A DNA stretch of 64,000 nucleotides from Alphaproteobacteria bacterium (GCA_965221125.1 CBDCRW010000007.1:1-64000); one strand, 5' to 3'; shown: positions 29,156 to 39,862, counted from the first letter of the stretch. The notes: generated by a model not told the origin, from the letters alone. Program-made: numbers and translations.

Positions 29156-30607
29156 ATGCGAGTATCGGCCGTGTCCACCAGCTTTGCCCGTCAGGCGCCC
29201 GCGATGTGGACGCCGCTTGTTGTCCTCACCGTAGCGATCGCCATTTGCCTGGCATTCGCGTCACCGTCCTGGAGCGCGGAGCATGATTCCGAGTTGCTGC
29301 CGCCCTCCACCCCCACTGCGGAAGCGCCTGCCGCAGCCGACACCGCCACCGAGGCGCAAGCGAAGGCGCTGATTGACGCGGGCCGCTTCGGCGAGGCTTT
29401 CGCGGTCCTGCAGCCGCTGCTCTCGGGCGACGCCGTGGACCCCAACACGCTGTTCCTCTACGGCCTCGCGGCGCTTGAAGCCTCGCAGCAGCAGGGCCGC
29501 ACGGACGATCAGCGCGAGTTGCTGCTCAACGAGGCCATCGGCGCCTTCCACACCATGCTGCTTGCGCAGCCCGGCCTTGTGCGGGTGCGCCTGGAGCTGG
29601 CTCGCGCATTCTTTTTCAAGGGCGAGGACGATCTCGCGAGGCGCCACTTCGAGGCGGTGCTGGCGGGCGAGCCGCCTGAGGCGGTGGCCGCCAACGTGCG
29701 CGGCTTCCTGGCCGCGATGCAGGCGCGCAACCGCTGGAGCTTCAGCCTGGGCGCGGCGCTGGCGCCCGATACGAACATCGGCGCGGATTCCGAGGAGCGC
29801 ACCATCTACATCTTCGGCCTGCCCTTCGAGCGGGACGCGGAGGAGCTGACCACGTCCGGCGTCGGCGTCTCGGTGTGGGGTGGGGCGGAGTACCAGGTGC
29901 CGGTGGCGGTGCGGCTGAGACTGCGCGCCGGCGGCGAGGCGGCGCGGCGGGAGTACGGGGGCTCGGAGTTCGATCAGCTCTATCTCGCCACCCATCTGGG
30001 CCCGCGCTGGCTGATTGACCAGAACACGGAGGGGAGCCTGCTGGCGAGCGCACGGCAGCGCTGGACGGGCACGGTGCCGGACAATCGGGAGCTCGGTGCA
30101 CGTGTTGAGGTGGCCCACCGGGTGAGCACGCAGGTGACGGCGTTCGGGCGGGCCTCGCTGCACGAGCGGCGCTACCGGGACCGGGCCTGGCTGGACGGGC
30201 CGATCGTGGATGCGTCGCTCAGGGGGGTGTGGACAGTGACGCCGACGGTGCGGGCGAACCTCTCAGGGGGCTACGGCCGTGAGCGGCCGGAGAGCGAGCC
30301 CTATCGCAACCGCAGCCGGTGGCTCGGGATCGGTGTCGACGTGATCCTGCCGCTTGGCTTCACGGTGGGCGCGGGCGGCGAGGTGCGCTGGACGGATTTC
30401 GCGGGGGAGTGGCCGCCCCATACGCCGGCAGGCGAGGACCGGGCGGACCGCACGCGGAGCCTCCGGCTTTCCGTTCACAACCGGGCGTTCACCGTGTATG
30501 GCTTCAGCCCCGAGCTCGTGGTGGTGAACGAGGAGCGGGAGACCAATGCGCAGCTCTACGACTACGAGCGCACGCACGGTGAGCTTCGCTTCGTGCGCCA
30601 GTTCTGA
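29156..30607 (+). CDS. Slam-like surface lipoprotein assembly modifier, copy 2
   Basis: Diverged paralog of 14519-15928 with the same TPR and barrel motifs and the ELRFVRQF terminus. Confidence 0.85.
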   Translation: MRVSAVSTSFARQAPAMWTPLVVLTVAIAICLAFASPSWSAEHDSELLPPSTPTAEAPAAADTATEAQAKALIDAGRFGEAFAVLQPLLSGDAVDPNTLFLYGLAALEASQQQGRTDDQRELLLNEAIGAFHTMLLAQPGLVRVRLELARAFFFKGEDDLARRHFEAVLAGEPPEAVAANVRGFLAAMQARNRWSFSLGAALAPDTNIGADSEERTIYIFGLPFERDAEELTTSGVGVSVWGGAEYQVPVAVRLRLRAGGEAARREYGGSEFDQLYLATHLGPRWLIDQNTEGSLLASARQRWTGTVPDNRELGARVEVAHRVSTQVTAFGRASLHERRYRDRAWLDGPIVDASLRGVWTVTPTVRANLSGGYGRERPESEPYRNRSRWLGIGVDVILPLGFTVGAGGEVRWTDFAGEWPPHTPAGEDRADRTRSLRLSVHNRAFTVYGFSPELVVVNEERETNAQLYDYERTHGELRFVRQF

Positions 30608-30783
30608 CGGGGCGGAAGAGCGAGGGAGTGGTGTTCCCGACGTGGCCATGCGCTGTGCTGGCGGGCGCCCGCACTTGCCGGAGTTATGCGAACGCCGGCA
30701 CAGTTGCCGCCGGCCGACGGGTTCGACGCGCAAGTCTGCGGAGATCATCGAGGACGGCTGTGTTTGCCGAAGGAGGATCGATC

Positions 30784-31140
30784 ATGAAACGCTTGCTCGC
30801 GATGGGCGCCGCCGTGTGCGCTCTGGGCCCCATCGCCGACAAAACGGGCGGTCAGGAGGCTGCCAGCGTGCATCTTGAGGCCGGCTACCAGCACTTCCTC
30901 GTCGGCGGAGCGAGCCTGGGCACCGACGAGGCCACCTTTGCGTGCCGGATCACTCCTACGGTGTCCTGATAGCACCCTGATGGCGCGCGGGGATACGATG
31001 TGCTGCCGTTCGTCACGCTGGAGGCCGAAGTGACGGTGGGCGTCGTCGACGGCGATCCGATGATCGAACCCCCTCTCGGCGACATCCCGGTCGAGGCCCG
31101 GACCGAGTACGGCCTGGCCGCGTTCGCCGTGTCCTGCTTT
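30784..31140 (+). pseudogene. Degraded outer-membrane beta-barrel/porin-like gene
   Basis: SD AGGAGG; signal-like MKRLLAMGAAV; in-frame TGA TAG at 30967-30972, then the frame continues GYDVLPFVTLEAEV. Confidence 0.4.
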
Positions 31141-32271
31141 TCTCACCCGGGATCGCGCTCCCATGAAGGGCAGGCGGGCCGGCAGGCGCCCGCCCGGTTG
31201 CGCGGGCGCCCCTTGGTGAGGTTCGCGAGAGGCCGGTCCGGGGCCGGGGCGGGTTTCGCTCTCGCATGCGCGCTGGCCGTTTCCGTCCTGCTGCCGGGCG
31301 CGGCCGCCTCCGATGAGACGGGCCGGCAGGATATCGCGGCACCCCTGCGCATGGTGAACCTGAACCCGTTTCACCTGCTGTACGGCGTGCCGGCTTCGAC
31401 CGGCGCCCGCGTGATGCCGGAAGGCTCGTGGGAGCTTACCGCATCGCTGGACATGGCATCGCACCTGCGCGCGGGCGGCTCGGGTACGGAGCGCGTGCTG
31501 ATTGACGGTGAGACGTGGCGGCAGGGTCTGGCGCTGCGTCACGGACTTGGCGGCGGCTGGGAGCTTCTGGCGGATCTGCCGGCAGTTTCGCACACCGGCG
31601 GCGTCTTCGACGGGTTCATCGAGGGCTGGCACGACGCCTTCGGCCTGCCGCAAGGGGACCGGGACCGCGCGCCGAGGGACCGGCTTGCGCTGTTCTACGC
31701 CGACGGCGGCGGGACCCGTCTCGATATCGACAGCGACGTCCACTCCCTCGGGGACGCGAGCGTGGGGGTGGGCTACGCCCTGCCGTCGCCGCCGTTCTCG
31801 AACGACGGCATGGTCGTACGCGCCATGGTCAAGCTGCCGAGCGGCGACGAGGATGCGCTTGCGGGCTCGGGGGGATATTCGGCATCGGCCTGGGCGGAGA
31901 CCTCGGGCGCATTTGCGGGCTCTGCCGGCTCCCGCAACTGGCTCTATGCCGCGACGCTGGGCGTTCTCGCGGGCGAGGCGCCGGAGAGCCTTTCGGCGAT
32001 CGGCGGCCGGTTGATCGTCTTCGGTCGCTTTGGCGTGACCTGGCGGGCGCTGGAAGACGTTCACCTCAAGGCACAGATCGACGTTCACTCCTCGCCCTAC
32101 GGCGCCTCCGCTCTGGCGCCGCTCTCCGATGCGGCGGTCATGCTGGGCCTGGGTGGGACGTTGAGGATCACGGACCATATGGCGCTCGACGTCGCGATCA
32201 CCGAAGACGACGGCACCTGGCATGCTGCCCCCGACATCGGCCTCCATGCTGCCTTGCGGTGGAGATTGTAG
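31000..32271 (+). CDS. DUF3187-like outer-membrane protein (true start probably near 31215)
   Basis: Signal-like FALACALAVSVLLPGAAA; NLNPFHLLYG; GGVFDGFIEGWHDAFGLPQG; VKLPSGD; terminal WRL. Confidence 0.7.
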   Translation: MLPFVTLEAEVTVGVVDGDPMIEPPLGDIPVEARTEYGLAAFAVSCFSHPGSRSHEGQAGRQAPARLRGRPLVRFARGRSGAGAGFALACALAVSVLLPGAAASDETGRQDIAAPLRMVNLNPFHLLYGVPASTGARVMPEGSWELTASLDMASHLRAGGSGTERVLIDGETWRQGLALRHGLGGGWELLADLPAVSHTGGVFDGFIEGWHDAFGLPQGDRDRAPRDRLALFYADGGGTRLDIDSDVHSLGDASVGVGYALPSPPFSNDGMVVRAMVKLPSGDEDALAGSGGYSASAWAETSGAFAGSAGSRNWLYAATLGVLAGEAPESLSAIGGRLIVFGRFGVTWRALEDVHLKAQIDVHSSPYGASALAPLSDAAVMLGLGGTLRITDHMALDVAITEDDGTWHAAPDIGLHAALRWRL

Positions 32272-32384
32272 GTGATCGCGAGCGTTGCCGTCGCCGGGAC
32301 CGCCCGTGGTGCTCGCCAGGGTTCCGCCGTCGCCGGCGGACTTCGGAGGCCGACATCGGCCTGGCCTGGCTGGACCACCTCGAC

Positions 32385-32500
32385 GATCCGGGCATCGTGG
32401 TGCTTCTCACGGGCGACGGCGCAGGCTACTGCGGTGGCGCAGGCTTTCACGCTGCACTTGAACGTCTTCACGCGCGGGGCTGGCGTGTCGAGATGGGGCT
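32385..32500 (+). pseudogene. NYN-domain gene fragment
   Basis: GIVVLLTGDGAGY..GAGFHAALERLHARGWRVE with no proper start or end. Confidence 0.5.
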
Positions 32501-33650
32501 TGGGCCCAGGCGGGATGTTAAATGACTGATTTAACGTCATACTTCCTAGTATAGCCCCGAGCGACGCAGAATCCGACGCACTCATTCCGGCACCTCTTGG
32601 CTACGCCCTGCTACGAGACGTCGTAGCAGACAGCCCCCTGCGCGTGCCTGAGCGTAGTGCTGTCGTAGGTGGGCAGCGGGCTGCGTCAGGTGTGAGAGCA
32701 AAAAACGCCTCAAGGCGTAAGACAGGTCCAGGGGTCCGCAGAAAAGCTATCAGGCCCAGCCACTTAGGGGGCGCAGGAGGCACGGTGAGGCCAGGAATCC
32801 GGGAATTCGGGCGTATTTCGCAGAGCATACGCGGAATTTCTTATGGCACGCGTTATGTAGAACACAATTGGCGACTTGTGTTGTCCGTGTGTGGCGATTC
32901 CGGTGCGCTCGGCACGGCTCGGGATGCACGCGGGGATCGATCTGCCGAGCTCGTGCAGGCGCATGTTCTCGCAGACTTGGCGGCGTTCGGAGATGCGGTA
33001 GAAATGAGGCAAGCGATCATGGTCGGCGCAGTGGACCGATCACCATGATCGTCACGAGTGTCGGACGTGGTGACGTCGGGCCGTTCAGGCGCGACGGCAC
33101 CAATGTCCGTCGAACCGCGGAGGCGCTCGTCGTCTTCGGCGACGGCGCTGACGCCGAGCACGCGCATGGGACTTGCAGTCCATGGGTCGAAGGTGAGTTG
33201 CGGCACGATGTCGGCGGCGGCGGTCGACGGCGCACCATCGCCATCTTCATCGCCGCGATCATCGTCATCGGCACAAGCGCGAGCGCGCGCAGTCCATGCG
33301 CGCGCCGCTGCAAAGGCCGGCGATGGCGGCGCGCGGCTCGACCGCGGTTCTGACTTCGCGTACTGAGTCGCGGTGTGTCTCTCTGCAGCGAGACGAGCGT
33401 CCGGCGATGGCGCGCAGCGCCGAGCCGGACGCGGGGCTCGGAGTGATGTGGGATGGCCAGCGACCGCAGAGAGCGCGAGCGCCGCCTGCGCGAAGCGCGG
33501 CGGCACCGGCCATCGAGGGCGCACACCGGTGGCCGATACGGATACCGGCGGTCGGGTGCACCGGACTGCGCGCATTGACAGCCGTCGTGAAAACGCAGAA
33601 CGCGGCCGGTGCCGTGAGGCACCGACCGCTGTATCTGTCGCGGGCGCCGA

Positions 33651-34565
33651 TCAGACCGGTACGACCATCACGGGAATGCCCAAGCGCTTCGCCTTGTCGA
33701 CGAGGTTGCCGGTGATTCCGCTACCGGGGAATGCGATGACGCCCTTGGGCAGCAGGTTGAGCAGGTCGTCGTTGCGGCGGAAGGGCGCGGCCTTGCCGTG
33801 GGCGTTCCAGTCGGGGCGGCAGACGACCTGATTGACGCCTCTGGCCTCGGCCCAGCTCGCTGCGATCTTCTCGACGCCGGGGCCGCCGCCGTGGACCAGC
33901 ACCATGTCGCCGTGCTTCGCGCGGGCCATGTCGAGCGTGCTCCAGACCGTGTCGGCGTCGGCGACGGTCTTGCCGCCGGTGATCGCGACCAGGGTGCCCT
34001 CGGGCAGATGCGCCCGGGTCTCGCGGTCCTTGCGGGCTCTGCGGAAGTCGCGGGCATCGATGGCGGCAGAGGTGAGCGTTCCGGTGCGGCTCGTGTGCGA
34101 GCCGTGGCGCGGGCGCCATGTGTCGCCGGTCTCAGCACGGTAGGCATCGGCTGCGATGTCGCGCATCTTCTCGAAGGCATCGCGCCTGTCGCCGAGGCTC
34201 TGCGCCCGGTCGGTGAGGGTCTGCAGCTCCCACGCCTTCACCTCCGATCCATCCTGCGCCTTCTCGAGGTCGCGCATCTCGGGAGTGATGCGGTCGACGG
34301 CACGGTCGAGCCTCTGCACCTGGCTGTGCAGCATGTTGGTGAAGCCCCACATCAGGGGCTCGCGCTCGTCGGCCATCTGGGTGCCGTCGACGGTGACGCC
34401 GTCCACGATGACGCGGATGGCCTCGCTCAGTGCATCGATGGCATCGTCTTCGTCCCAGACGACGCGGCTGTCGAGCTCGCCGCGCTCCGGTGCGGCGCCG
34501 TAGAGGGCCATGCTCTCGCAAACGGTGGCAGTTGCAGACGCGGTAGCGGTTGCGGTGTCGATCAT
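33651..34565 (-). CDS. DUF2493/SLOG-family protein (repeat copy 2)
   Basis: Identical translation to 11863-12777. Confidence 0.8.
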   Translation of the reverse strand: MIDTATATASATATVCESMALYGAAPERGELDSRVVWDEDDAIDALSEAIRVIVDGVTVDGTQMADEREPLMWGFTNMLHSQVQRLDRAVDRITPEMRDLEKAQDGSEVKAWELQTLTDRAQSLGDRRDAFEKMRDIAADAYRAETGDTWRPRHGSHTSRTGTLTSAAIDARDFRRARKDRETRAHLPEGTLVAITGGKTVADADTVWSTLDMARAKHGDMVLVHGGGPGVEKIAASWAEARGVNQVVCRPDWNAHGKAAPFRRNDDLLNLLPKGVIAFPGSGITGNLVDKAKRLGIPVMVVPV

Positions 34566-34955
34566 GACGATCTCCCTTGTTCATCCACCGGGACCCTGTG
34601 CCCCGTCGTGGTGTCCTCCTTCTTCACGCGCGCGCAGTGTCAGCACCTGGCCTTAGGAACTGTTGGGCGGGGTGGTGCGGAAGTTCGGCGATGGTGCGGA
34701 AGATGGCGCCGACGTGCCGGTGGGAACGGTGCTCCGCAGCAAATCCATTCCAGTGGTCATTGCGGCGCCGGGCCGGGCGGGCCCGCTTGGGCCTGCCCGG
34801 CGTCTAGGCGCCGCTATGAATGGTTCCGCGAATGGATTTGAAGCGGTGCAGCGTGACGCGGCGGCCCCGCGCGAGGGGCCGGCGCGCTGCGAGACGAGGC
34901 GGTTGGCGATTACACGCAAGCCATCTTCACGGTCGCCGAACTTCACGGCCCGCCC

Positions 34956-36137
34956 TTACAGTTCCTTGGGCCAGGCCGCAGGGAGCGGAGCGACCGGAGG
35001 ACCCGGAGGGTTGCTGGTGCGAGCACGCGTGACAGAATTGGAGGACACGACGGAAGAGGCTTCCATTTCGGCACGCAAGGCCTCCTCTGTTTCTTTGTTG
35101 CCCGCGGGCACGGTCCCGCCGGTGCAGACCAGGGGCGCGATGCGTGCGGCCAGGGCATGCGGACCAAGGGTCACAATGTCTTCGTTGAAGTCGCCGGTCT
35201 GGGAGACGATGACGGCGCACTCGATGCGCAGAGCAAAACATCGCCGACGCAGTCGAAGCGCAGCGCGCTCGCCCGCCTCGTCGTTGTCGCAGACCACGAC
35301 GAGACGGGCGATGCCCGTTGGCGGCGTGAAGGCACCGAGCCCACCGGCCGAGAGCGCGGCAGCGGCGGTGACGGTCGGCACGGCGGTAACGATGGAGAGC
35401 ATCGTCTCGATGCCCTCCCCCACCAGCAGCGTGCCGGTGCTGGGGTCGCCAAAGCGGACGGCATGGCCGTGGACACGGCCGAGCGCCTTGCGCGGGAACG
35501 ACACGTCTGCCTTCGCGGGATGTCTGGGATCGAGCCATGTCCGATGCACGCCGACGATGGCGCCGTGAGCGGTCTGCTCGCCTGGACCGGAGTGTTCCTC
35601 CGGACCGGGGTGTTTCCCCGCGTCGGCGGTGACGGCGGCGACGAGGGCCGGCAGGCGACGCATGCCGCCGCCGTCGCGGTAGAAGAGTTCCGGGTGGAAG
35701 CGCAGCGCGGGGAAGCGGCAGCGGTGGATGGCACGGGCCCTGAGGTACGCCTCGGCATGCGTGCCGTCGATGGCGCGGCAGCGCCGCCAAAGGCGGCGCG
35801 CCGCCTCGCTGGAGTCGTAGGCCCCGTCCGAGGCCGCTGCCGGCACAGCCGGCAAGGCGAGGAAGGCGCGGGCCTCGGCCATGGCGTCGCGGAGCGGCAC
35901 GTCGCCCATGCGGTGGCGGATGAGGTCGAGGAGATCGCCATGGGTTCCCTCGGCGGAGTCGGTCCACTTGCCGGGGACGCCGGGAGGCGTGAGACGGACG
36001 AAGAGCGAGCGCCCGCGGGCACCGTGAATGTCGCCGGCGGTCCAGTACCTGCCCTGCCTGCGCCCGTGGGGCAGGTAGGCGCGGCAGACCTCCTCGGCGC
36101 GCTCGCCGAGGGCCTTGGCGATCCGGGTGGCGTTCAT
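34956..36137 (-). CDS. Toprim-domain primase-like protein (repeat copy 2)
   Basis: Identical translation to 10291-11472. Confidence 0.82.
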   Translation of the reverse strand: MNATRIAKALGERAEEVCRAYLPHGRRQGRYWTAGDIHGARGRSLFVRLTPPGVPGKWTDSAEGTHGDLLDLIRHRMGDVPLRDAMAEARAFLALPAVPAAASDGAYDSSEAARRLWRRCRAIDGTHAEAYLRARAIHRCRFPALRFHPELFYRDGGGMRRLPALVAAVTADAGKHPGPEEHSGPGEQTAHGAIVGVHRTWLDPRHPAKADVSFPRKALGRVHGHAVRFGDPSTGTLLVGEGIETMLSIVTAVPTVTAAAALSAGGLGAFTPPTGIARLVVVCDNDEAGERAALRLRRRCFALRIECAVIVSQTGDFNEDIVTLGPHALAARIAPLVCTGGTVPAGNKETEEALRAEMEASSVVSSNSVTRARTSNPPGPPVAPLPAAWPKEL

Positions 36138-36350
36138 GGGGCTCCCCCGCTCCGTCCAGAGAGTGCCCGCGTTCCGGCCGGTCTCGGGCTCTCGGCGGCG
36201 CGCGGGCGGCGGGGAGGCGCGCCGCGCACCCGCGCCGCTGCCCGGCGGGACGGGGCTCTGGTCGTGCTGCATGGAAACGGGGGCACGCGCACGCGCCGGT
36301 CATCGGCGCAGGCGCGGCCCCCAGGGTGCCGGAGGACGGTGGTGGTACTG

Positions 36351-36650
36351 TCAGGCGGCCATGTGCTGCTGCGCCCGCCAGGCGGGATGCACCATCGGCA
36401 TCGCGGGCGCAAGATCACGGTCGACGAGCAGCTCGGCCACTGTCGCGCGCACGGCGCGCGCATCCTCGACTGCCACGGGTCCTGCGGCATCGTCGTAGAG
36501 GTGCACGTAGAAGACCCCGTGATCCGGGGTGGTATAGGCGGGCCGCTTCATGACGGTGCCAACGGTCTCGCCGTCTGCAACGACGAGCCACTCGTCATCG
36601 CCGCATGAGCGGAAGGCGATGTCGTCGGCGGTGAGGCTGTAGCCGGACAT
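36351..36650 (-). CDS. Hypothetical protein (repeat copy 2)
   Basis: Identical translation to 9778-10077. Confidence 0.6.
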   Translation of the reverse strand: MSGYSLTADDIAFRSCGDDEWLVVADGETVGTVMKRPAYTTPDHGVFYVHLYDDAAGPVAVEDARAVRATVAELLVDRDLAPAMPMVHPAWRAQQHMAA

Positions 36651-37187
36651 GGCGGGACTTCCCATGAAAGGGGCGCGCGGCGGCGCCCGGAGGGCGCCTG
36701 CCTTGCGCGAGGGTTGAAGGGGAAGGGGCCGTGCTCCGCGCGGCAGATGACGCGGAACACGGCCCCTCGGGGAGCGGGCGGGAGGTCACCCGCTGCGAGG
36801 ATGGGCAGCTTAGAATGGTTATGGGAAGTTGGACCGTGTAACGTTTGAGTGAGTGGTTTGATTCACAACGATCTTTTGGTGTTCCGGTGCCCTTCCGTGC
36901 GGATCTCTTGTAAACAATGCCGCCGAGATTGGCCCGATATGGGCGACATTGTTTACACTTTTGTCGTCGGCACCCGATGCGAGGCCAGGAAGGACGGGCC
37001 GACGCGCGAAGTGCCGAATCTCACGAAAGTAGCCACCCAATCTCAGGCAAAGTAGCCACCGAATCTCATCGAAAGTAGCCACCCAGTCTCACCAAAGTAG
37101 CCACCCCCTCGGGGCGGCGGCTTTTGGAGCGACTCAGAGCGCCGTCCTACCCGTCGGATTTCGCGATTCATCCGAGGGGGGGCTGGG

Positions 37188-38723
37188 ATGGCACGGGGAA
37201 GGCTGCCGATGAGAAAGGTGAAGAAGGTTCTTGGGTTCCATTTCGAGGAGGGACGTAGCGCCCGCGCGATCGCAACCCACTGCGGTATGGCGCGTCGCTC
37301 GGTGGCGTCGGTCTTGGAGCGCTTCGCGGCATCTGGTCTGAGTTGGCCGGAAGCCGGCGACATGGCCGACGAGGCGCTGGAGGCGACACTGTTTCCGGCG
37401 CCCACGCAAGCCGCGCCGCAGCAGCAGGAGGTGGACTGGGCGAAGGTCGAGACGGACCTGTCCGAGCCGGGCGTGACCCTGAAACTACTGTGGGAGGAAT
37501 GGCGCGAGACCCATCCCGGCGGCATGAGCTATCCGACCTGGTGCCGCCGCTTCCGCGAGTGGCGGCCGCGCCGGGACGCGACGATGCGCCAGAACCGCCG
37601 TCCCGGCGAGAGGCTGTTCGTCGATTACGCCGGCATGACGATCCCGATCATGATCGACGGGGGCGAGCACGAGGCGCAGGTGTTCGTGGCCTCGATGGGC
37701 GTCTCGGGGCGGCTCTACGCCGAGGCGACGCTCAGCCAGAAGATCGAGGACTGGTGCGCCTCGCACGTGCGCTGCTTCGAGGATATGGGCTGCGTGCCGC
37801 AGGTCGTGGTGCCCGACAACATCAAGCCGGCGGTGATCAAGCCCTCGCGCTACGAGCCGGTCCTCAACGAGACCTACGCCGATCTGCTCGACCACTATGA
37901 CGTTCGGGGCTTCCCGGCGCGCGTGAAGAAGCCGCGCGACAAGGCCCTGGTCGAGAACGGCGTGCTCCAGGGCGAGCGCTGGATCCTGGCGCCCCTGCGC
38001 AAGCGCGTCTTCCATGACCTGGCGTCGGCAAACCGGGAGATCGGCGAGCAGGTCAGGAAGATCAACAGCCGGCCCTATGCCGACGGCACCGGCGAGAACC
38101 GCTACGGCCGCTTCGAGAGCGTCGACCTCCCCCACATGAAGCCGCTGCCGAAGCGGCGGTGGCAACGCACGGTATGGCGCAAGAACACGGTCCACCGCGA
38201 TTATCACATCGCCATCGATTACCACTTCTACTCGGTGCCTCACGAGCTCATCGGCAAGGAGGTCGACGTCCGCCTGCGCGACAACCTGATCGATGTCTTC
38301 GTTCGGGGCCGGCACGTCGCCAGCCATATCCGCAGCTCAGCCAGGGGCCGCGCCACCACCGTCGAAGAGCACAAACCGAAGGCGCACCAACGCGCCGGCG
38401 TCGAGGCCACCCGCGCCCACCTGGAGAAGAGCGCGCGCGATATCGGGCCCCATGTCCACGCCTACGTCGTCGTGCTCATGAAGCGGCAGAACAATCCGGA
38501 GTTCGGCTTCCGTGCCTGCTACGGCGTCCTCCGGCTGGCCAAAAGCTACGAGCAGGACCGCTTCGACGGCGCCTGCCGCTACGCGCTCGAGCTCGGCACG
38601 CGGAGCTACCGCGGGCTCGAGAACATCCTGCGCACCGGCGCCGACCGCGTCGACGCCGAGCAGGAACCCGACACCATGCCCATCGATCATTCCAACATCA
38701 GAGGACCGGAGGCCTACCGATGA
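37188..38723 (+). CDS. istA: IS21 transposase IstA
   Basis: LFVDYAG, VPDNIK, PRDKALVE, HFYSVP, HSNIRG motifs. Confidence 0.95.
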   Translation: MARGRLPMRKVKKVLGFHFEEGRSARAIATHCGMARRSVASVLERFAASGLSWPEAGDMADEALEATLFPAPTQAAPQQQEVDWAKVETDLSEPGVTLKLLWEEWRETHPGGMSYPTWCRRFREWRPRRDATMRQNRRPGERLFVDYAGMTIPIMIDGGEHEAQVFVASMGVSGRLYAEATLSQKIEDWCASHVRCFEDMGCVPQVVVPDNIKPAVIKPSRYEPVLNETYADLLDHYDVRGFPARVKKPRDKALVENGVLQGERWILAPLRKRVFHDLASANREIGEQVRKINSRPYADGTGENRYGRFESVDLPHMKPLPKRRWQRTVWRKNTVHRDYHIAIDYHFYSVPHELIGKEVDVRLRDNLIDVFVRGRHVASHIRSSARGRATTVEEHKPKAHQRAGVEATRAHLEKSARDIGPHVHAYVVVLMKRQNNPEFGFRACYGVLRLAKSYEQDRFDGACRYALELGTRSYRGLENILRTGADRVDAEQEPDTMPIDHSNIRGPEAYR

Positions 38724-39481
38724 CCGAAAACCCCGTCTCCCACCCGCTGGCCGAGCGCATCGCCTCGCTGCGCCTGCCAGGCATGCACGCCGCCTTCCTC
38801 GAGCAGGTGGCGCGCAACGATCTCGGCGACATGCCCTTCGAGGATCGGCTCGCGCTGCTGATCGACCGCGAGATCGCAGAGCGCCGTTCCAGGGCCCTGC
38901 AGCGGCGCCTCAAGAGGGCACAGCTGCGCCATCAGGACGCCTGCTTCGAGGATATCAACCTGAGCCGCCCGCGCGGCCTCGACCGCAGCCTCGTGCTCGG
39001 CCTCGCAGACTGCGCCTGGGTCCGCAACGGCGCCAACATCCTGGTCACGGGTCCGTGCGGCACGGGCAAGAGTTGGATCTCGTGCGCCCTCGGCCACAAG
39101 GCGTGCCTCGAGGGTCACATCGCCCAGTACCACCGCGTGCCCAGGCTACTCACCGAGCTGCGCATCGCCCATGGCGAGGGCACGATCCCGAAGCTCTACC
39201 GCGATCTCGCCCGCATCGCGGTGCTGATCCTTGACGATTGGGGCATCGCGCCCATCGATGCGGCTCGCGCGCGCGATCTCCTCGAAATCCTCGACGACCG
39301 CTTCGGCCGGCGCTCGGTGATCGTCACCAGCCAGTTGCCCGTGGCCGACTGGCACCGCCAGCTCAACGACCCCACCGTCGCTGACGCCATCCTCGACCGC
39401 CTCGTCCACGGCGCCATCCGCATCGAGCTGCACGGCACGTCCATGCGCATCGACGACGCTGCCGCCGGAACAAAGGCATGA
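38720..39481 (+). CDS. istB: IS21 helper ATPase IstB
   Basis: ATGA overlap; GPCGTGKS; LILDDWG; TSQLP; ADAILDRLVH. Confidence 0.95.
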   Translation: MTENPVSHPLAERIASLRLPGMHAAFLEQVARNDLGDMPFEDRLALLIDREIAERRSRALQRRLKRAQLRHQDACFEDINLSRPRGLDRSLVLGLADCAWVRNGANILVTGPCGTGKSWISCALGHKACLEGHIAQYHRVPRLLTELRIAHGEGTIPKLYRDLARIAVLILDDWGIAPIDAARARDLLEILDDRFGRRSVIVTSQLPVADWHRQLNDPTVADAILDRLVHGAIRIELHGTSMRIDDAAAGTKA

Positions 39482-39862
39482 GCGCGACTACAGAGCGCCG
39501 CGCTGCGCGCGGCGCGAACGTCGCTCCGCTCCGGGGCGTCGGAGAGGCGGGGCCGGTGGTGCCAGGCATGGTGCGCGCGCGCCGCCAGACTCGTGAGGGG
39601 TCTCACGCGTCGCGCGCGCACCATGCTCCACCGCCTTGCCACTGTGCCTTCGGCGGTGGTACCGATCACGGAGAACTCGCGGAAGGAGAACCGCTGACAA
39701 CAACGTAACCGCGTCGCTTCGCTCCGGGGTGGCTACTTTGCTGAGATTGAGTGGCTACTTTGGATGAGATTCGCCGGCTACTTCGGGTGAGATTCACCGG
39801 CTACATTGGTGAGACTGGGCACGAAGCGCCGGCCCGATCGGGAGTAGACGGCGATCATGCTC

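Larger units (their letters stand above)
37012..39821 (+). mobile_element. IS21-family insertion sequence, 2810 bp
   Basis: TG...CA ends; imperfect terminal IR TGCCGAATCTCACGAAAGTAGCC / TGCCCAGTCTCACCAATGTAGCC; repeated AAAGTAGCCACC-like units; 5-bp TSD CGAAG (37007-37011, 39822-39826); empty site visible at 9417-9421. Confidence 0.96.

Noticed and set aside
14519-30607. Diversity-generating retroelement or classic shufflon acting on the lipoproteins
   Set aside because: No reverse transcriptase, no TR/VR pair and no repeated sfx-like sites inside the coding sequences.
37012-37104. Four tandem ~23-bp units (..TCTCA..AAAGTAGCCACC), mirrored at ~39729-39821, resembling a mini-CRISPR or iterons
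   Set aside because: No unique spacers and no cas genes; these are the multiple transposase-binding repeats typical of IS21 ends.
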